The notes under the pieces are model-generated. The model had not been told where the DNA came from, searched no databases, and saw only the letters and a list, made by a program, of their open reading frames with translations. Positions 59,198-64,000 of a stretch of 64,000 bases of DNA are shown piece after piece. Each line of letters opens with the position of its first letter. The stretch's first letter is position 1. Location: assembly GCF_024223415.1 (NCBI RefSeq), contig NZ_CP100500.1; one strand, written 5' to 3'. This DNA is from Escherichia coli. Lineage in GTDB: Bacteria > Pseudomonadota > Gammaproteobacteria > Enterobacterales > Enterobacteriaceae. The position numbers were made by a program, and so were the translations under genes.

Positions 59198-60022
59198 TTA
59201 TCGCATTATGCCCATGAAGCCATGTACGCCCATATACACACCGACTAAGCCAATCAACAGACTGGAAAAATAGGGGGCGCGTTTAGCGAGAGTGTTAAAT
59301 CCGCTCCAGCGTTTTGCGACCTGCTGAACGCTGATTGCTGCGCCAACGCCTACGGTGACAAGCGTTAACGCCAGGCCAATGCTGAAACTGACGACCAGTG
59401 TTGCGCCCAGTGTCAGGGCTTTCAACTGAATGCAAATCAACAGCACGGTAATTGCTGCCGGACAGGGGATAAGACCACCTGTTAAGCCAAATAACAAAAT
59501 TTGCCAGTTGGTGACCTCTCTACCATCAAAGCGTCGTTTAATATCATTGGCATGGGCTCGTGCATGGGCATCCTGATACTCGCCATGTTCGTGATGGTGA
59601 TGATGTCCATGGTCGTGGTGATCTTCGTGATCGTGGTGATGATGTTCATGATCATACTCGTGCATATTCTCCAGCCAGTTGCGTTCGCCGCGCCAGGTAC
59701 GCCAGAACATCCAGAACGCGGTGCCAATAATGATCACTGCGGAAATCAGCTGGAGCCACGGTTCTGCTGATTGAGCAGTAAAGCGCTTGCTGATCACCAT
59801 CCCGCCAAAGGCAATTAACCAGACCACTGCGGTATGCGAAATAGTTGCTGCCAGTCCGAGCATCACCGCCTGTTTAATGGTGCCTTTGATGGCGATGATA
59901 AACGCCGCCATCATCGTTTTTGAGTGCCCTGGTTCCAGGCCATGAAGCGCACCAAGTAAGATGGCGCTGGGGATGAAGAACCAGGCGTTTCCTTGCTGAA
60001 GAAGAGTTGTAAATTCGGTCAT
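59198..60022 (-). CDS. rcnA: Nickel/cobalt efflux permease RcnA
   Basis: 274 aa with His-rich loop (HEYDHEHHHHDHEDHHDHGHHHHHEHGEYQDAH). Confidence 0.95.
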   Translation of the reverse strand: MTEFTTLLQQGNAWFFIPSAILLGALHGLEPGHSKTMMAAFIIAIKGTIKQAVMLGLAATISHTAVVWLIAFGGMVISKRFTAQSAEPWLQLISAVIIIGTAFWMFWRTWRGERNWLENMHEYDHEHHHHDHEDHHDHGHHHHHEHGEYQDAHARAHANDIKRRFDGREVTNWQILLFGLTGGLIPCPAAITVLLICIQLKALTLGATLVVSFSIGLALTLVTVGVGAAISVQQVAKRWSGFNTLAKRAPYFSSLLIGLVGVYMGVHGFMGIMR

Positions 60023-60143
60023 GATAATAATTCTTAGTATTAATTCGGCAATCTGATTCTACTCCCCCCCCAGTACCTGATACTACCCCCCAGTAGATTA
60101 ATAGTGCTATGATTTTTCATATTCTTGTTAACCAGGTGTTGCC

Positions 60144-60416
60144 ATGTCTCATACAATCCGTGATAAACAGAAACTGAAAGCGCGTGCCAGTAAGATTCAG
60201 GGCCAGGTCGTGGCGCTCAAGAAAATGCTCGACGAGCCGCACGAATGCGCTGCAGTTTTACAACAGATTGCTGCTATCCGTGGCGCGGTAAACGGTCTGA
60301 TGCGGGAAGTGATTAAAGGTCATCTGACGGAACACATCGTTCACCAGGGGGATGAGCTAAAACGTGAAGAAGATCTGGATGTCGTTCTGAAGGTGCTGGA
60401 TTCATATATCAAATAA
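60144..60416 (+). CDS. rcnR: Metal-responsive repressor RcnR (CsoR/RcnR family)
   Basis: 90 aa; divergent from rcnA. Confidence 0.95.
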
Positions 60417-60505
60417 TTTATTAACGCGATTGTAAAACTGCCGTTTTTCCTCGTTTACAACGCGTGCGCTGGACATTACCATCCTCCTCTGCGATTTATC
60501 ATCGC

Positions 60506-60557
60506 AACCAAACGACTCGGGGTGCCCTTCTGCGTGAAGGCTGAGAAATACCCGTAT
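60506..60557 (+). promoter_or_regulatory. thiM TPP riboswitch aptamer, 5' portion only, truncated by insertion
   Basis: AACCAAACGACTCGGGGTGCCCTTCTGCGTGAAGGCTGAGAAATACCCGTAT matches the E. coli thiM leader as recalled, then diverges (expected CACCTGATCTGG..., found TTTCTCATTTAG...). Confidence 0.75.
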
Positions 60558-60745
60558 TTTCTCATTTAGTGTTTTTTGTGGTTCGGGGTTGTTCGTGGTT
60601 GTTTGTGTATGTGTTTGATATATATTGAATTATTGTGTTTTCTTGTTTGTTGTTGTTCGTCGTTGTTCGTAGAGCTTCAACAAAATGTGTGGTCAGTTGT
60701 GTGGTCAGTTTTTTGAGGCTGGAGGACTGAAAAGAGGATCTGATA

Positions 60746-61969
60746 GTGGGAAAAGCACTAAACAAACTGAGCGATTCGACGTTAAAAAAATTGGCGTCTG
60801 TCCAAGCAGAAAAAGAGCGTTTTTACTCCGACGGGGGCGGGCTGGAGATTAAACACTCAAAGGGCGGCAAATTAACCTGGTATTTCCGGTACCGAACGGG
60901 AGGCCGTGAGGTTGCCGCAGAGCGGTTAAAGCTGGGGGCTTACCCTGAATTGTCGCTGAAAGCTGCAAGGGAAAAACGCGCACAGTGCCGGGCATGGCTG
61001 GCTGAGGGTAAAAACCCCCGTTATGAGTTGTGCGCCACAGTACAGGAAGCGCTAAAACCCGTTACGGTGAAGGAGGCGATTAACTACTGGCTGGATGAAT
61101 ATGCGAAGGATAACCGCAAAGACTACATAAAGCTGGTGCAACGTATGGATAAGCACATCATTTGCCATATAGGGGCAATTCCCCTTGATAAGTGTGATAC
61201 AAGGCAGTGGATCGCATGTTTTGACCGTGTACGAAAAAAAGCACCAGTAGCAGCAGGGCACGTCATGCAAACCTGCAAACAGGCGCTAAAGTTCTGCCGC
61301 AGGAGACGCTACGCGTTCAGTAATGCCCTGGACGATTTGATCGTCAGCGATGTGGGTAAGAGAGCAGAAATTCGCGAGAGGGTGCACAGCAACAGCGAAT
61401 TAAAGGAAATTTTACGCGCTATTGATGGTGATGTGTTCGCGCCTTACTACAGCGCGTTAATGCGCTTGCTGATTGTGTTCGGGTGCAGAACGGCAGAGGT
61501 CAGACTTTCAGAGATCAAAGAATGGGATCTGAAAGAAATGTTGTGGACAGTGCCAAAAGAGCATAGCAAAACGAAGGTAACGATATTCAGGCCAATCCCC
61601 GATGGCATTTTGCCGTTCATTCAGAAGCTGGTGGAGCAGAACCGGCATACAGGGTTATTACTCGGAGAACTGAAAAAAGATACCACGGTAGCGCAATATG
61701 GGCGAAATGCGCATAAGCGGCTTAACCAGGAACACTGGACGCTGCATGACTTTCGCCACACGTTTACAACGATGCTGAACGATTTAGGTGTCGATCCGCA
61801 TATCGTGGAGCACATCACAGCGCATCAGATGCCCGGTCAGCAAAAAACCTATAACCATTCACGCTATTTACAGGCGAAGCGAGACGCTCTGAATCTGTGG
61901 GTTGAGCGCCTCGATGTGCTGGCTGGAAATCATGAAAATATTGTCATATTAAGGGCTGAAAATGAATAA
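60746..61969 (+). CDS. int: Tyrosine recombinase, P4/CP4-57-type integrase
   Basis: 407 aa; C-terminal catalytic motifs (HDFRHTF...HITAH...Y); GTG start. Confidence 0.9.
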   Translation: MGKALNKLSDSTLKKLASVQAEKERFYSDGGGLEIKHSKGGKLTWYFRYRTGGREVAAERLKLGAYPELSLKAAREKRAQCRAWLAEGKNPRYELCATVQEALKPVTVKEAINYWLDEYAKDNRKDYIKLVQRMDKHIICHIGAIPLDKCDTRQWIACFDRVRKKAPVAAGHVMQTCKQALKFCRRRRYAFSNALDDLIVSDVGKRAEIRERVHSNSELKEILRAIDGDVFAPYYSALMRLLIVFGCRTAEVRLSEIKEWDLKEMLWTVPKEHSKTKVTIFRPIPDGILPFIQKLVEQNRHTGLLLGELKKDTTVAQYGRNAHKRLNQEHWTLHDFRHTFTTMLNDLGVDPHIVEHITAHQMPGQQKTYNHSRYLQAKRDALNLWVERLDVLAGNHENIVILRAENE

Positions 61970-62747
61970 TCTGGGCCGTGTATATCATACGCTGCCAATG
62001 GCAGCTAAAAAAATGGGATGTACTGTAGAGGATATTCTACATTTTGGTGCAACTAACCGACTTGAAATATGTGCGTATATTGATGATATTGAACAGAGAA
62101 AAGATTATTGCACTTTTAATGTGTTTTTTGATAATGAAGATAGCGAGAATAGTTTTTCTAAAACTATAAATAAATATAATTCCATATTTACTGACATGTA
62201 TGAAATATCATTGTTTAATTATAATGATGAGTTTTGTGTTGATGATGAGCGTATGGTTATTGAAGGTTTGTATGCTAATCATATGAAAGGCTTTTTTGCA
62301 ATACCATCTGAATTTCTTGTCGAAGTTGAATTGTCAAGTGCCTGTGAAATCATAAATCTATCGCCTCGTTATTTATATACACCGAAAGGTTATGGTGATT
62401 ATATTCGGTTGGATAGTATAGAAGGTCTTTCTATTCCAGAAAACAGGCTCGTGATATTCGATAGTGAGATATCGGGTTTTAATTATCAAAAGAAACCTAA
62501 ATATGCCGGAGGTGAAAGAGAATCACCTAAAACCAGAGCTAAAAAAGCCGAGATAATACCTGCTCTCATAAAACTGATCCCTGAGATGCAAGATGTGGAT
62601 TTGGAGGATACACCCGTATCCAAAATTGCAGAAATGATAGAGGTTATTGCTGCACAAAGAGGGGTTGAGTTACCTAGCACTCACAGGCAGACATGGCAGA
62701 AATATTTAGGGCGTGATGCTGGTGACGTTCCAAAACGTCAAAAGTGA
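61962..62747 (+). CDS. Hypothetical protein, low GC, start overlaps the integrase stop
   Basis: 261-aa ORF overlapping the int stop (ATGAATAA); AT-rich codon usage; no family recognised. Confidence 0.6.
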   Translation: MNNLGRVYHTLPMAAKKMGCTVEDILHFGATNRLEICAYIDDIEQRKDYCTFNVFFDNEDSENSFSKTINKYNSIFTDMYEISLFNYNDEFCVDDERMVIEGLYANHMKGFFAIPSEFLVEVELSSACEIINLSPRYLYTPKGYGDYIRLDSIEGLSIPENRLVIFDSEISGFNYQKKPKYAGGERESPKTRAKKAEIIPALIKLIPEMQDVDLEDTPVSKIAEMIEVIAAQRGVELPSTHRQTWQKYLGRDAGDVPKRQK

Positions 62748-62837
62748 TATCACGTACAGATAGTGTGATATCACACAAACGGCATTTTACCACCGCCTAG
62801 AATCGTCCTCGTTCGGCAACGTTCGAGGACGTTTTTT

Positions 62838-63062
62838 ATGAATCAAAATACACAATTTCAATCACTATCAGATCGCGTAATCCGTGAGGATGAATGCCGT
62901 AAGTTAACAGGAGTGTGCCGCACTACACGCTACGAACTGGAGAAAAAAGGGAGCTTTCCGTCTCGCCGTAATCTTGGTGGGCGTTCTGTAGGTTGGCTGC
63001 TGTCCGAGGTTATGGAATGGGTTAAAAGCCGGGATCGCATTAATTCAGGCAAGGCAGCGTAA
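62838..63062 (+). CDS. alpA: AlpA-family phage transcriptional regulator
   Basis: 74 aa; HTH region RKLTGVCRTTRYELEKKGSFPSRRNLGGRSVGWLLSEVMEWV typical of AlpA. Confidence 0.85.
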   Translation: MNQNTQFQSLSDRVIREDECRKLTGVCRTTRYELEKKGSFPSRRNLGGRSVGWLLSEVMEWVKSRDRINSGKAA

Positions 63063-63200
63063 AGGGGAGTATATGACACATAAAACAAAGGCGACCGGGG
63101 GCGGTCGCCAATGGGAAAACACTAAACATAAGCCCGGCCATCATAGCGATTTGCTGGCTGGTGGGCAATGTGTCCAGTGTGGTGGCTTGCTGGTGGATTG

Positions 63201-63428
63201 TCAGCCAGGCGGTCGGTTTTTGCCGGATTTAAGCCGCCGTGGGTATTTATCGACAAAATCTTCAAGGGCAAATTTTTCTGGTGGCACTAAGCGCGGCGCT
63301 GGTGGTGGTATTTTTGTTCTGGTTAGTTCTTCCTCAAGTCTGGCGCAGGCTTCTGACTGCCTTTGCCGGATGATTTCATCATCTTGCGTTTGCGTGTCTT
63401 GTATTGGTGATAGTGTGTTGTTGGTCAT
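63201..63428 (-). CDS. Hypothetical protein
   Basis: 75-aa ORF downstream of the RHH-like gene on the same strand. Confidence 0.45.
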   Translation of the reverse strand: MTNNTLSPIQDTQTQDDEIIRQRQSEACARLEEELTRTKIPPPAPRLVPPEKFALEDFVDKYPRRLKSGKNRPPG

Positions 63429-63485
63429 GATACTGCCCTGTAAAGCAATGCGCCGTAGTACCTCACACCACGGCGCTGATAGTGA

Positions 63486-63683
63486 TTATTCTGATTCTTT
63501 GGCCTTGCGGCGCTGTTCATATTTTAATTTGCGTCCACAGGCATCTAAGACCCATGCGGAAAAATTAGCACTAGGATTAGTTAATTTTTCTTGTTCAACG
63601 CTGGCATCAATCCCATCTATAAGCTCATGTGGGAATCGAATATTTTTCTTTGCTGATTTGTTGTTTGTGTTACCACTAGACAT
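63486..63683 (-). CDS. YlcI/YnfO-family ribbon-helix-helix-like small protein, candidate repressor
   Basis: 65 aa with NIRFP...NFSAWV..AC motif; SD GAGGTG; divergent from an operator-containing promoter. Confidence 0.7.
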   Translation of the reverse strand: MSSGNTNNKSAKKNIRFPHELIDGIDASVEQEKLTNPSANFSAWVLDACGRKLKYEQRRKAKESE

Positions 63684-63751
63684 TGATGCACCTCACTTAA
63701 ATGGACTTTATGGGCGCACACAATACAGCAAAAAAAGTGAGAAGTTAAGTA

Positions 63752-63790
63752 TTGACATGTGCGCACACATGATTCTAATCTGTGCGCACA
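63752..63790 (+). promoter_or_regulatory. Sigma-70-type promoter (TTGACA, 16 nt, TCTAAT) overlapped by two TGTGCGCACA palindromic operators
   Basis: -35 at 63752-63757, -10 at 63774-63779; perfect 10-bp palindromes at 63758-63767 and 63781-63790; related half-sites at ~63711-63720 and 63911-63920. Confidence 0.55.
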
Positions 63791-63883
63791 GTTTGGGTTG
63801 CATTGCTCAAATTAAGCAACGCCCCGCAGTGCTCGCAACACATGCAGGGCGTCTAACCAAACCGTTAATAGGAGTAACGATTA

Positions 63884-64000
63884 TGGCTGGAACACAGCAT
63901 ACCCCACGCCTTGCGCACACACAAACCGCCTTTGTGTGGCGTTTTCTGGCACTGAGTGCCGGAGAATCTCAAATTATCCACGTAACCGCCTGGACGGAAC
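63884..64000 (+). CDS. Hypothetical protein, 5' end only (runs off the window)
   Basis: ATG with SD AGGAG downstream of the operator-controlled promoter. Confidence 0.5.

Larger units (their letters stand above)
60558..64000. mobile_element. Integrative element with P4-type integrase (partial; continues beyond the window), left junction in the thiM leader
   Basis: Abrupt loss of thiM leader homology, AT-rich repeat-containing arm, integrase, AlpA and RHH genes. Confidence 0.75.

Noticed and set aside
59482-59770. ORFs on both strands in the rcnA His-rich region
   Set aside because: Low-complexity CAT/CAC/GTG repeats coding the RcnA histidine loop create open frames.
63072-63233. 53-aa plus-strand ORF with a CxxC-like motif and SD after alpA
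   Set aside because: Plausible but overlaps the minus-strand 75-aa ORF and I could not decide between them from sequence alone.

Overview
The window looks like Escherichia coli chromosome and has three parts. (1) Positions ~1-31005 are the late half of a lambda-like prophage: an OmpC-family porin moron, three tRNA genes, a phage-21-type pinholin/SAR-endolysin/Rz/Rz1 lysis cassette interrupted by two insertions, a cos site, lambda-like head genes Nu1-A-W-B-C-D-E-FI-FII, tail genes Z-U-V-G/T-H-M-L-K-I-J, a collagen-repeat side tail fibre, a YadA-type (Eib-like) trimeric autotransporter with a small HTH regulator, and a DinI-like gene. The prophage ends inside mlrA (yehV), leaving only the first 23 codons. 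(2) Positions ~31006-60557 are conserved chromosome in reverse K-12 order: btsSR (yehUT), yehS, yehR, yehLMPQ, yehK, yehI, an intact molR, metG, apbC (mrp), yehE, the yehDCBA fimbrial operon, and rcnB/rcnA/rcnR. (3) From ~60558 to the window end a second integrative element begins. Its junction lies inside the thiM TPP-riboswitch aptamer, which matches the K-12 leader for 52 nt and then diverges. The element carries a P4-type integrase, a low-GC unknown gene, AlpA, a ribbon-helix-helix-like gene and a repressor-type promoter with TGTGCGCACA operators. The most promising candidates for something new are the two-gene insertion between holin and endolysin, the small-membrane-protein insertion between R and Rz, and the riboswitch-targeted island. 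All calls rest on reading the sequence and on recalled family features; no database search was run.
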